From NCBI GenBank assembly GCA_963663165.1, contig OY760175.1, positions 224,001 to 288,000 on the forward strand: a stretch of DNA of 64,000 bases, given 5' to 3'. A program made the translations under genes and the position numbers. Shown here piece after piece: positions 18,057 to 26,912 of this stretch. Position 1 is the first letter of the stretch. Every line of letters begins with the position of its first letter. The stretch comes from an uncultured Desulfospira sp. Lineage in GTDB: Bacteria; Desulfobacterota; Desulfobacteria; Desulfobacterales; Desulfobacteraceae. Under the pieces are notes generated by a model that saw only the letters and a list, made by a program, of their open reading frames with translations, was not told the origin of the DNA and did no database searches.

Positions 18057-19850
18057 ATGGGATTTAAGCCGACATTCAATTCACTGGATATTGCGCACGC
18101 CGGCAAGTGGCTGTTTTACTTTGTGATGATTGGTATCATTGCCGGGGGCGGGGCCGTACTGTTTCATTATCTGTGCGGCCTTGGCATGCATTATTTTCTG
18201 GATCTTATGGCCGGCTACCGGCCCGGCTCCCCGGCCGGTGAACATTTGCTCTTGCCCCATACCGACACCCCCTTTAACCGGTGGGTACTTCTTTTTCTGC
18301 CGGCCCTTGGCGGGATTGTTTCCGGCTGGCTGGTCTACACTTTTGCCCCTGAAGCCGAAGGCCACGGCACCGACGCTGCCATCGACGCCTATCACCACAA
18401 AGGCGGACGGATCCGGGGACGGATTCCCATTATCAAAACCATTGCATCCACCATTACCCTGACCACCGGTGGTTCCGGGGGCAGGGAAGGGCCCATTGCC
18501 CAGATCGGCGCGGGATTCGGATCTTTTCTGGCCACGAAGCTCAACCTGTCGGAAAGGGAGCGGCGGATCATGATGGCCGCCGGCATCGGCGCCGGTGTCG
18601 GCAGTATTTTCCGGGCGCCCATGGCCGGGGCGTTGTTTGCGGCCGAGGTCCTTTACCGTGATCCGGATTTTGAATCCGAGGTCATTATCCCTGCGGGAAT
18701 CTCGTCGGTGGTGGCCTATTGTACCTTCTGCCTGGTATTTGGCTGGGGATCACTGTTTGACTCTCCGGGATTTAAATTTCAGAACCCCCTGGAACTCGGG
18801 CCTTATGTGGTCCTGGCCGGTGTCCTTGCCCTGGTGGGGGTGTTTTATATCAAGGTGTTTTACGGGGTCATTGACATTTTTCATCGCTGGAAAATCCCCA
18901 ATCATATCAAACCGGCCATTGGCGGGCTGTTGACCGGCATCATCGGATATTTTCTGCCCTATACCCTGGCCTTTGGGTATGGCATGGCCCAGGACGCTAT
19001 CTTTAATAAGATCGCTATTTCTACCCTGATTGCCCTGGCCATCGGCAAGATTTTCACCACGGCCTTTTCCATCGGGTCCGGCGGGTCCGGCGGGGTTTTC
19101 GGCCCTTCAGTGGTGATCGGCGGGGCTGTGGGCGGGGCCGTGGGCAAGCTGTTCAACCTGCTGATTCCCACGGTGGTGGTCAATCCGGGGTCTTTTGTTA
19201 TTGTGGGCATGGCCGGGTTCTTTACGGCGGTTTCCAATACCCCCATCTCCACCATTATTTTTGTCAGCGAGATGACCAACTCCTATCATCTGCTGTTGCC
19301 AAGCCTTCTGGTCTGTTCCCTTTGCTATCTGCTGGCCAGGAAATGGACCATATTTGAAAATCAGGTCAAATCCCGGATTGATTCGCCTGCCCATGCCGGA
19401 GAATTCATGATGGATATCCTCCAGACCATCAAGGTGGAAAACTTAACCCACCTGATCAGAGAGGTCCGGTGCCTGAACGAAAACATGCCCTTCAGCGAGT
19501 TTAAAAAGATATTTCAGACCACAAAACAGCATTATTTCCCGGTAATGAATGCCAACGGGGAATTTACCGGGATTTTTTCTTCCACCGATATCAGAGAAGT
19601 CATTTTCACCATCCACATTGAAGAATTGGTGGTGATGAAGGACATCATGGTCGGCGATCTGATCACCACCCATCCCGGCGAAGATTTGAACACGGTGCTG
19701 CTCAAACTGACAAAGAAGAATATTGATGCCTTGCCCGTGGTCAGCGAAGATGATCCCAAACATTTCTTAGGGATGATTTATCGCCGGGATATCATTTCCC
19801 ACTACAACGATCATGTCCAGAGAATCCGGGATCATTCCCCGATGATTTAA
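18057..19850 (+). CDS. ClC chloride channel/antiporter with CBS pair
   Basis: GHGTD, GSGGREGP, GGVFGP motifs; C-terminal CBS domains. Confidence 0.92.
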   Translation: MGFKPTFNSLDIAHAGKWLFYFVMIGIIAGGGAVLFHYLCGLGMHYFLDLMAGYRPGSPAGEHLLLPHTDTPFNRWVLLFLPALGGIVSGWLVYTFAPEAEGHGTDAAIDAYHHKGGRIRGRIPIIKTIASTITLTTGGSGGREGPIAQIGAGFGSFLATKLNLSERERRIMMAAGIGAGVGSIFRAPMAGALFAAEVLYRDPDFESEVIIPAGISSVVAYCTFCLVFGWGSLFDSPGFKFQNPLELGPYVVLAGVLALVGVFYIKVFYGVIDIFHRWKIPNHIKPAIGGLLTGIIGYFLPYTLAFGYGMAQDAIFNKIAISTLIALAIGKIFTTAFSIGSGGSGGVFGPSVVIGGAVGGAVGKLFNLLIPTVVVNPGSFVIVGMAGFFTAVSNTPISTIIFVSEMTNSYHLLLPSLLVCSLCYLLARKWTIFENQVKSRIDSPAHAGEFMMDILQTIKVENLTHLIREVRCLNENMPFSEFKKIFQTTKQHYFPVMNANGEFTGIFSSTDIREVIFTIHIEELVVMKDIMVGDLITTHPGEDLNTVLLKLTKKNIDALPVVSEDDPKHFLGMIYRRDIISHYNDHVQRIRDHSPMI

Positions 19851-20172
19851 CCCAAAATACCCGGGGTGATGCCCTTTTACGAAAAAAATGAAAAAACAGC
19901 GGGTTAAGGCTAAATTCGTCCTTGACATTGAGCTGGCTTCAAATATTTTGGGGAGTAACCCTGCACTTATAAACAGGCCCCAAAAAAGCTCCGGTAAAAG
20001 ATTTCTGTATTTTTCTTACTTAAGAAAAGGGCGCCATCCTTGTTTTAAGCCCTTCTTCAGTCTATAGATCATACATCCTTGTTCCTGCGAGAATCTGACT
20101 TGGTAAAAGCAGGTGAATTTGAAGGCAGACCATGTTTGAAAAAACAAATCATTACATTCATAGGATAACACC

Positions 20173-20450
20173 ATGAAATTAAAAATTTCCCACAAATTAA
20201 TCGGCTGCTTCATATCAGGCGGAACATACATATGATGCGCCCAAAGATGCCGGCGCCCTGTGGTGGCCCGGGGAGTTGAATGTCCAGTATCTGCAATATC
20301 TTTACATTGCCAACAACCCTTTTTCCATTGGCGCAAAACAGGAGATGGACGCGGCCGGGGAGGACCGGCTTTACGACATCGTCCATATGAAATATCACCT
20401 AAGATTCCGAAAGCTTGCCCAGGAATTCGGATATCACGATCTGTTTTTAG
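20173..20450 (+). pseudogene. Fragments of a methyl-accepting chemotaxis/Cache sensor gene
   Basis: MKLKISHKLI start, then LQYLYIANNPFSIGAK...KYHLRFRK..QEFGYHDLFL in another frame; ends where the 20450 repeat begins. Confidence 0.6.
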
Positions 20451-20580
20451 ATGCCAAAAAAATCGGTTTAAGGCCAAAAAGGGGGGGGGGCGGTTTTTAA
20501 CTATATCCTTTTAAATCGGGCTTCTCTTGCTCAGCCCGGCCCCCGGCTGCCCCGATTGGGCTTCTTTCCCGGCCGCCCCC
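20450..20580 (+). repeat. Dispersed repeat R1 (homologues at 22151-22240 and 24909-24940)
   Basis: GATGCC..CGGTTTAAGGCCAAAAAG(n)CGGTTTTTAA..TATATCC..TGGGCTTCTTTCCCGGCC. Confidence 0.8.
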
Positions 20581-20651
20581 GGCCGCAACAAAAACATGCT
20601 GCGGACAGGCCGAAGATCTTCTCGTTAAGTCAGTAAAAACAATTCTTCGGG

Positions 20652-20691
20652 TTGACTATTTCTTCGAAAGTAAGTACAGTATAAATGTACA
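20652..20691 (+). promoter_or_regulatory. yefM-yoeB promoter/operator
   Basis: TTGACT-N17-TACAGT overlapped by AGTACA and TGTACA boxes (YefM-type operator core). Confidence 0.65.
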
Positions 20692-20709
20692 TATAAATAA
20701 GGAGATACC

Positions 20710-20994
20710 ATGGCAATTCATACGACATACACTAATGCGAGAGCGAATCTCGCTCATCTTTTTGATGAGGTTACCTATAACCAGGAAACCGTGATCATCA
20801 ATCGTAGAGGCAAAGAAGATGTCGCTTTAATCTCAGCAACCGAACTTGAAAGCCTATTTGAGACAGCACATCTGCTTAGATCACCCAAAAACGCACAGCG
20901 ATTATTAAAAGCCTTGAGCCGGGCGTTATCTGACTCAGAATCATCAACAAAAATAGAGGATTTAAAAAAAGAGGTTGGAATTGGCAAAAAGTAA
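20710..20994 (+). CDS. yefM: Phd/YefM antitoxin
   Basis: YTNARANL, ETAHLLRSPKNAQRL. Confidence 0.92.
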   Translation: MAIHTTYTNARANLAHLFDEVTYNQETVIINRRGKEDVALISATELESLFETAHLLRSPKNAQRLLKALSRALSDSESSTKIEDLKKEVGIGKK

Positions 20995-21256
20995 AAAAAC
21001 AAGAGAAGCCATATTCCAGCCTGAATTTCGAGAGGATTTAAAATACTGGGTAAAAACTGATCGGAAAATTGCCCTAAAAGCCTTTGAACTCATTGAGGCA
21101 ATTATGAGAGATCCATTCAAAGGAATAGGAAAACCTGAACCGTTAAAATATCTCGCTCCAAATACTTGGTCCAGAAGACTTACACAGGAACACCGGATTG
21201 TGTATTTAGCCAGAGAAAACAAAATTGACTTTTTGCAGGCCCGCTATCACTATTGA
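20975..21256 (+). CDS. yoeB: Txe/YoeB toxin
   Basis: DPFKGIGKPEPLK, WSRRLTQEHRIVY, ARYHY. Confidence 0.93.
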   Translation: MELAKSKKTREAIFQPEFREDLKYWVKTDRKIALKAFELIEAIMRDPFKGIGKPEPLKYLAPNTWSRRLTQEHRIVYLARENKIDFLQARYHY

Positions 21257-21504
21257 GCTGCCAAACAATTCAATAAATCCGGGGCATGTCCTTCAATCAG
21301 GTTTGAATAACAGCAATTCATGAAACGGACCAGACCTGCGACAGAATAAAGGGAAGCCCCTTTGGTGCACCAATTTCATAGGGTCCTATCAGTACATATT
21401 GGTGAAAAAAAAGTCTTCGGTTGATAACACTGTGCTACTCAGCTCCAAAAGTTTGAAATTTTGTTAAGATTATCCTGGGAGAAATAATACAGTTACTCTC
21501 CAAA

Positions 21505-22068
21505 ATAATGGACTTGGGACTTGGGACCTGGGACCTGGGACTTGCAGTATCCACGGCCTACCCAAGCCCCAAATCCCGAGCCTCAAGCCGGCAGTTAGCG
21601 TGAGCCCGTTTGATTTATCCTTCACAAACAACATGTTATACGGACAATGGTGGGCAACGTTGCGCTTTTGTCCACCCTACCTGGCTTTCCTTTCAAAAAA
21701 AACTCTCGCCAAGACGCAAAGGCGCAAAGCTTAAATACCCTTGGGCAATGGTATTCTTTGCGCCTTAGGCAGCAAGTTAAAATAACTTATCCACCTTACT
21801 TGCCTTTTTCCTTGTTTTCTTCGTCGGACAAAGGCACACATAGCTCGTTATGCGTGCCTCTGTCCGCCTTGAAAACAAAGAAAAATTCAGCGCAATTTGC
21901 ACAACTTATTTTAACTTGCTACCTTAGCGCCTTTGCGTGAAAATATAAAAAAGAGGGCAAAGCCCTCGATTTTAGCATCACAGAGCAAAGAGAAAAGCAT
22001 TCCATATATTGAGAAATCCTTGCTACCCCAAGTCCCATATCCCATATCCCAAGTCCCAATTTTATACA
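21505..22068. repeat. Nested REP/heptamer-repeat cluster
   Basis: GGGACTT heptamers at both ends; internal GGTGGGCAA...TTGTCCACCCTAC palindrome; CGCAAAGGCGCAAAG / CTTTGCGCC..CTTTGCGTGA inverted pair. Confidence 0.7.
21768..21923. mobile_element. 156-bp MITE with TTA target duplication
   Basis: IRs GG(C/T)AGCAAGTTAAAATAA; TTA at 21765-21767 and 21924-21926; long internal hairpin. Confidence 0.8.
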
Positions 22069-22150
22069 GTATTAAATTTACCATCAAGGAACACATCTTT
22101 TGGTTGCGGCTTTGCCGCGCTGTGCTACTCTTTGTTAAAGTGCCCATTTC

Positions 22151-22240
22151 GATGCCGAAGATAACGGTTTAAGGCCAAAAAGGGGGGCGGTTTTTAAGCT
22201 ATATCCCTTTCAATTGGGCTTCTTTCCCGGCCCGACCCCA
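22151..22240 (+). repeat. Dispersed repeat R2
   Basis: Imperfect direct copy of 20450-20580, ending in CCCGGCCCGACCCCA. Confidence 0.8.
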
Positions 22241-22275
22241 ATGGCTATGGCTGGACAATGGCTGGATGTCAAAAA

Positions 22276-23713
22276 TTAGCTCGGATTTGTATCCAGTATT
22301 TCTATGGATGGGTCACTTTTTACCTGATCAATTATCTCATCTGCCATGGCACTCTTTTTAAGGATAATTCCGTTTTTATCCAGAAGATACAGCGTTGGAA
22401 TTCCCATCACGGCAAAATTTGTAAAATTCACCCCGTCCGTGCCGGTCAAATCGCAGTAGTTGTCCGGCCATTGATGATAGATCCGTTTTTTTTCAAACCC
22501 CTGCTTTGAATCATCACCGCTGACGGCAATCACCTTCACGTTTTGTTCTTTCAGCCATTTATAACTGTTCGCTAACGTGATCAGGGCATCTTCGCACAGC
22601 TGACAGCTTCCCTTGTAAAACAGTAAAATGGTGTAGGCGGCGTTGAGATCATCGGTTTTAAGGGCAATATCGGTCCCGCTCTTACCTGTCTGGGCCAAAA
22701 CCGGTGCTTGAATACCAGGTCCGGTGCTTTGTCGCCTATGAGTATTTTAAAGGATGAAATCATCTGTCGGGTGGTATCGGTCAATTCGCCCATGGCTTTG
22801 GGACGCTTGTTCAGATGGGCTGTAATGGCGGGGAGCAGTTCATCTTTGCCTTTCTGGACCAGCGAAGGAACGGCTTTTTGTGCAAATGCGCCTAAAATTT
22901 TATCCTGATCCATTCTGCTGATAACCTTATCCAGCCGTTTTTCAAATGCCTGTGCATCTGCTTCCGATTGGATATTCATCATCAGCCAGTGGTGCAGAAC
23001 CTGGTCCCAGTGGCCGCTGGTATAGAGGGCTTCAAAGTCCAGGGTATGGGTCACAAAATCGTTGAAAAAGCGGATATGATCTTCCTGTTTTTCATACACC
23101 TTATCTGCTATCCCCCGGGTAAAATCCACAATCTGTGAAAACCGGGCCGCATATAAAGGGCTTGGCTTTTGGCCCTAACCGCCTGGGTCTGCTCAAATTG
23201 CAGGCGTAAATTCCCCTGTTCTTTTAAAACCACTTGATAAAGATCTTCTTCAGGAGGATATACCTGGAGCATATGGTTCACCGCACCCAGTTTGTCCAGG
23301 ATTGTCCTCTGATGGTTGCCCTGTGCTGCTAAATAGTCATTTTCCAGGTTGCCGGTATAGATGATGTTTTCCGGACCGGGGTGTTCGGACAGGCATTCCA
23401 CAAAAAATTCTTTTCCCGTGTAAATCATATCCAGGCCACCCCCTTTTTTCAGGAGCCACCTTGTCATACCCCGATAATCCTGATAGGCATCCGGCATGAT
23501 AAGGGTGACTTTCCCGTCCTGGGCAATTTTATCTGAACGAACCGTCACCTCTTTTTGGCCCTGGAAAATTTTCCAGTCATATGCCTGCCCTGCAAAGTGG
23601 GGAAAATGAAGTTGGATTTCCTGGGCATGGGCGATTGAGACGGATAGGAGGAAAACAAGGATAACAACACCGGGAATGAATGATTGACGATGGATAATGG
23701 ATATTTTTTTCAT
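22276..23713 (-). pseudogene. Exported redoxin/AhpC-TSA family protein split by two frameshifts
   Basis: Three overlapping ORFs (23108-23713, 22581-23129, 22276-22698); signal peptide, GDKAPDL, CQLC, GIPTLYLLD. 5-bp duplication at 23159-23168 and an apparent 1-bp deletion near 22710. Confidence 0.75.
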
Positions 23714-23731
23714 TAGCGGGATAGATGATGT

Positions 23732-24034
23732 CTATGCAAACACGGACAGCCCTTTCCTGTCAACAAGATCAAGAAGTCTGCGCGCGGGACCGCTGGGTTT
23801 TTTAACGCCTTGTTCCCAATGCTGTACGGTTGTTTTTCCAATCCCAAGAACAGAGGCGAAAACAGCCTGGCTGACTCGGTTCCGGATTCTGATCTGACGA
23901 ATTTCTGAGGGGTTGAAAATCCGTGCCTCCGGCAAACAAAGCGTATCAAGCTGCCGCTTGGTCACTTTGTCCATTGCCCCAACTTCAAAAAGAGCTTCGC
24001 CCATATCTTTGGCTATTTTTAAAAGATCATTCAT
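23732..24034 (-). CDS. HTH antitoxin (HigA-like)
   Basis: IRQIR...VSQAVFA..LG....VQHWEQGVKKPSG. Confidence 0.85.
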   Translation of the reverse strand: MNDLLKIAKDMGEALFEVGAMDKVTKRQLDTLCLPEARIFNPSEIRQIRIRNRVSQAVFASVLGIGKTTVQHWEQGVKKPSGPARRLLDLVDRKGLSVFA

Positions 24035-24401
24035 TGTTTTCCACCTCCCATATCGAACCATTTTTTATCAGGGCATTAAGCTGTTTTTCCGTTGCAGCCA
24101 TCAATGCCTTGGACGCCAATTTTAAAGCCGTTTTTTCTTTTTCAGAAATATTGGACCTCTGATTTTTTGCAAAAGCATATAAAAAAACAATTCGGCTTTC
24201 TTCTCTATATCCAACAAGAACCCGGTATCCGCCACTTTTGCCGGAACCGGATTTAGACAGTCGTTTTTTGAATAAAAACCCTCCAAGATTAACCTCTACA
24301 TTACCGGCTTCGATTTCTTTGGCGGCCTCAATCAAAGTCGTATCAGAAATTTTTTCTTTCCCTGCCCAATGATTGAACCATTTATTTTTAAAAATCCTCA
24401 C
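24027..24401 (-). CDS. RelE/ParE-superfamily toxin (toxin-first order)
   Basis: MRIFKNKWF..W, LGGFLFKKR, GKSGGYR, LYAFAKN..NI. Confidence 0.85.
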   Translation of the reverse strand: MRIFKNKWFNHWAGKEKISDTTLIEAAKEIEAGNVEVNLGGFLFKKRLSKSGSGKSGGYRVLVGYREESRIVFLYAFAKNQRSNISEKEKTALKLASKALMAATEKQLNALIKNGSIWEVENNE

Positions 24402-24407
24402 TGTCTA

Positions 24408-24436
24408 AGTATATTCCTTGGTAATACACTTTTCAA
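24408..24436 (-). promoter_or_regulatory. sigma70 promoter with palindromic operator; probably leaderless transcript
   Basis: TTGAAA-N17-TATACT ending 6 nt before the GTG start; AGTGTATT-N7-AATATACT inverted repeat. Confidence 0.65.
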
Positions 24437-24545
24437 GATTGAAATTTAAAATTCACCACTATCTCTTTCAGGGCGATGCCGTTCCTGTCAAACAGAAAGG
24501 GCCGGCAGTCACAGGGACCATGCCAATTTGCTCAGACTATCTGAA

Positions 24546-24908
24546 TTATTCTGCGACGCAGCGCACCGAATAGCCGTAAATGCGGTCGGGGTTGTACATG
24601 GTGGCGCGGCTGCTGGAGAAGCGCAGGTACCAGGCGTTGTCGCTGGAACTGGAATCCTGGGTACTCGACCAGTAGCGGCCGGTGTAGCCGCGGGTGTTCA
24701 GCGCACCGCTGGAGTAGAAGTCCCGGCCCCCGGCGGCCGGCAACATCAAGCCATTACCAAAAAAACGGGCTGAACTATAGTTGGTTACACTACCTGACCA
24801 TGACCCTACGGTACTCTGGCTGTTATTATTTCTGACACCATCCCACTGGCTTATGGTAGGCACCCGGAATCCTTCAGGGCAGGGATCATTGGCTGTTTTA
24901 TAAGAATC
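24546..24908 (-). pseudogene. C-terminal fragment of a FISUMP (Fib_succ_major)/CLec-fold protein
   Basis: NDPCPEGFRVPT, LPAAG.R, YWSST, GYSVRCV; 5' end cut at repeat R3. Confidence 0.78.
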
Positions 24909-24982
24909 CAATTGGGCTTCTTGCCCGGCCCGACCCCAATAGAATTTAAGAAAATAGAACCAATAGAAAACCCAATAGAAAA
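24909..24982 (+). repeat. Dispersed repeat R3 plus stuttered AATAGAA copies
   Basis: CAATTGGGCTTCTTGCCCGGCCCGACCCCAATAGAA followed by three more AATAGAA units. Confidence 0.7.
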
Positions 24983-25064
24983 ATTTCTATATTGCTCTTT
25001 TTTGTTCTAAAAAATGGATTATAGACCCTCTATCGGGGGGCTTTTTTGTCTTAAATGTCTTAAT

Positions 25065-26303
25065 TTATATCATTATGCTTGGTCCGACCCCGTATTCATT
25101 TGACCGGCTTTTGTTCAAAGCAACCGTACACTGACCTAAGTCTGATGAAACCGTGTCACAACCCGACCAGCTTAAGATCTGGGAATCCGGACCGGGTGAT
25201 GCAGTAAACGTAACCAGGGATGATTCATCAGCAGGCAGATAAACGTGGTCTTCAAACACGGGTTCCGTCAAAGTGGAATCAACAGCGAGATTGGCAGGGG
25301 CATCACAGGTTGCACTGCCTGATCCAAACACGGACAGGGTAATTTTCACTGATTGGTAACGGGAGTCCGGGACCGGGAACCGGGTCATAAGATAAGAATA
25401 TGTGTCATCCATACAGGAGAGCATCCGGGCTGTGTTGCCGGAAATCAGAGTCTCAATAATGGAATATCCTTCTCCGTTTACGGTTGAAAGCCAGCCATAA
25501 TCAGTTTTCAGCTTGTCCAGATGGGTTGGGTCGGCAGGATCAAATGCCAGGATGTCATACCAGTCAACAGCGCCATTGCCGTCAATATCTGTTTTGATAA
25601 GGTTTCGTGCCAGATCTGCCATACGGATGGCAAGGTCTTTCGGCGGGACTTCAGAAAAAAGATGTTCGATGTAACGATAGGCCAGTTCGGTCAAAGGCGT
25701 TATATGTAAGCTTTTGTCCCGCCAGTCCGAAGCTTTTGCCATGGCATAAAGGGCTCCCAGGCTGGTGGTTGATTCATCGTCAATCAGGCCGTCCCCATCG
25801 TGGTCAATATCTTCACCGCCGGCTGCCAGGACAATGACCCAGTCATCGTCATCCACACCGTTTAACGACAGGCTGAAAGTGCCGGCTGTGTCAAGATCAT
25901 CGGACACTACGGCATTGACGGGCCCTTCCACTGGAACACTTAAGGACGTTACCCGGTAAGCCGTAATCTGGGCATTGGACAACGGCCCCACCATGTCCGC
26001 CTGAGAGGAGACGCCCAGACAGTCAGTCTGCCCGAACTCATCGGCAAATTCAGCCAGATCCGGCTCATCCATCACGGCGCTGCCGTCATAATCAGCCGTG
26101 CATCCGTTGGTGCAGTCGTTGATGGTATACTGCTCTATGAATGCCGCCGTATCCTTTCCACCAACGTCCTTATCCCCGTCCAGATCCATAAAACAGGAGG
26201 TCAGATCGGCCCCATGGGCAACAGAACTAAAACAGATCATTATGAGAAACAATATTCTAAAAGCAGCTTGAGATTTTCCAACTCCGGTCAACGCCATCTT
26301 CAT
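25065..26303 (-). CDS. Secreted/surface protein with dockerin/EF-hand-like Ca-binding loops and a B-repeat-like domain; probably 3'-truncated
   Basis: Signal peptide; DLDGDKDV, DYDGS, DHDGDG, DIDGNG loops; V.GSGS...FTASP......WSGCD...C.V. Ends in a GGGGTCGGACC repeat. Confidence 0.65.
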   Translation of the reverse strand: MKMALTGVGKSQAAFRILFLIMICFSSVAHGADLTSCFMDLDGDKDVGGKDTAAFIEQYTINDCTNGCTADYDGSAVMDEPDLAEFADEFGQTDCLGVSSQADMVGPLSNAQITAYRVTSLSVPVEGPVNAVVSDDLDTAGTFSLSLNGVDDDDWVIVLAAGGEDIDHDGDGLIDDESTTSLGALYAMAKASDWRDKSLHITPLTELAYRYIEHLFSEVPPKDLAIRMADLARNLIKTDIDGNGAVDWYDILAFDPADPTHLDKLKTDYGWLSTVNGEGYSIIETLISGNTARMLSCMDDTYSYLMTRFPVPDSRYQSVKITLSVFGSGSATCDAPANLAVDSTLTEPVFEDHVYLPADESSLVTFTASPGPDSQILSWSGCDTVSSDLGQCTVALNKSRSNEYGVGPSIMI

Positions 26304-26449
26304 CCGTCTTCCTCCAGTCATCTTTTGGTTATCTGCCCCGGCAAATATTCTAAAACAATCGCAGCTCCCGGGATTGACCATAATCCACTTCCAACCAACG
26401 CTTTGCAAACCAGCTTCATTATCAATGAACACAAACGCCGGGTCACCTT

Positions 26450-26535
26450 TCAGGCAATCCGGCGCTCTTTTTAAAATACCTTTTAAGACCCGTGGCTTTC
26501 CGTTGCTGCCTCACAGCAGGTTTGGCTGTGTCATA
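26450..26535 (-). promoter_or_regulatory. c-di-GMP-I (GEMM-I) riboswitch
   Basis: Minus strand reads CAGCCAAACCTGCTGTGAGGCAGCAACGGAAAGCCACGGGTCTT...GCCGGATTGCC, matching the GEMM-I P2/P3 core. Confidence 0.85.
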
Positions 26536-26552
26536 ATGCCGTATAGAAAACA

Positions 26553-26568
26553 AGCAATAATTATGCCT
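26553..26568 (-). promoter_or_regulatory. sigma54 -24/-12 promoter
   Basis: AGGCATAATTATTGCT (GG-N10-GC), correctly spaced just upstream of the riboswitch. Confidence 0.65.
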
Positions 26569-26912
26569 TGTTTTTAATCCCAACTTCGCCATATCGTAAG
26601 TTGATTATATTTAAGAATGTTCTTAACGTGAAGGCAATTGGGGTTTAATGACTGAGCCCAATTCACCAAGGAATTTTCCCAAAAGTGGTAAAAAAAGTAA
26701 TAGGGGTGTGAAAAAAAGGTAATACATACGGTCTTCCAAACCCAGGGGATTTATGGCGGTTTTGCGCCCGGCCGGGGCACTCTTGTAAAGTGAACGTTTT
26801 GATGCCCCAAAAAATCGAGTTAAGTTTAGAAATAGGGCCGGTTTTTAAATTATGCTGCTTGAATGGGATAGCTAAAGATGGCCCGAGGCGGTTATCAGGA
26901 TCACGCTCCGGT

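Noticed and set aside
21590..21602. ops/JUMPstart-like GGCAGTTAGCGTG
   Set aside because: Imperfect match, inside a repeat cluster, with no downstream operon.
21505..22068. CRISPR array (also considered 32401-32463 and 52636-52717)
   Set aside because: Units are 7 or 15 bp and contiguous, with no unique spacers and no cas genes.
20450..24940. Integron cassette array
   Set aside because: The repeats lack the RYYYAAC...GTTRRRY attC layout, and the only tyrosine recombinase is a tRNA-targeting integrase.
24400..26600. Complete DGR
   Set aside because: No reverse transcriptase ORF, Avd or AAC-rich template repeat found in the window; only a VR-like segment is reported.
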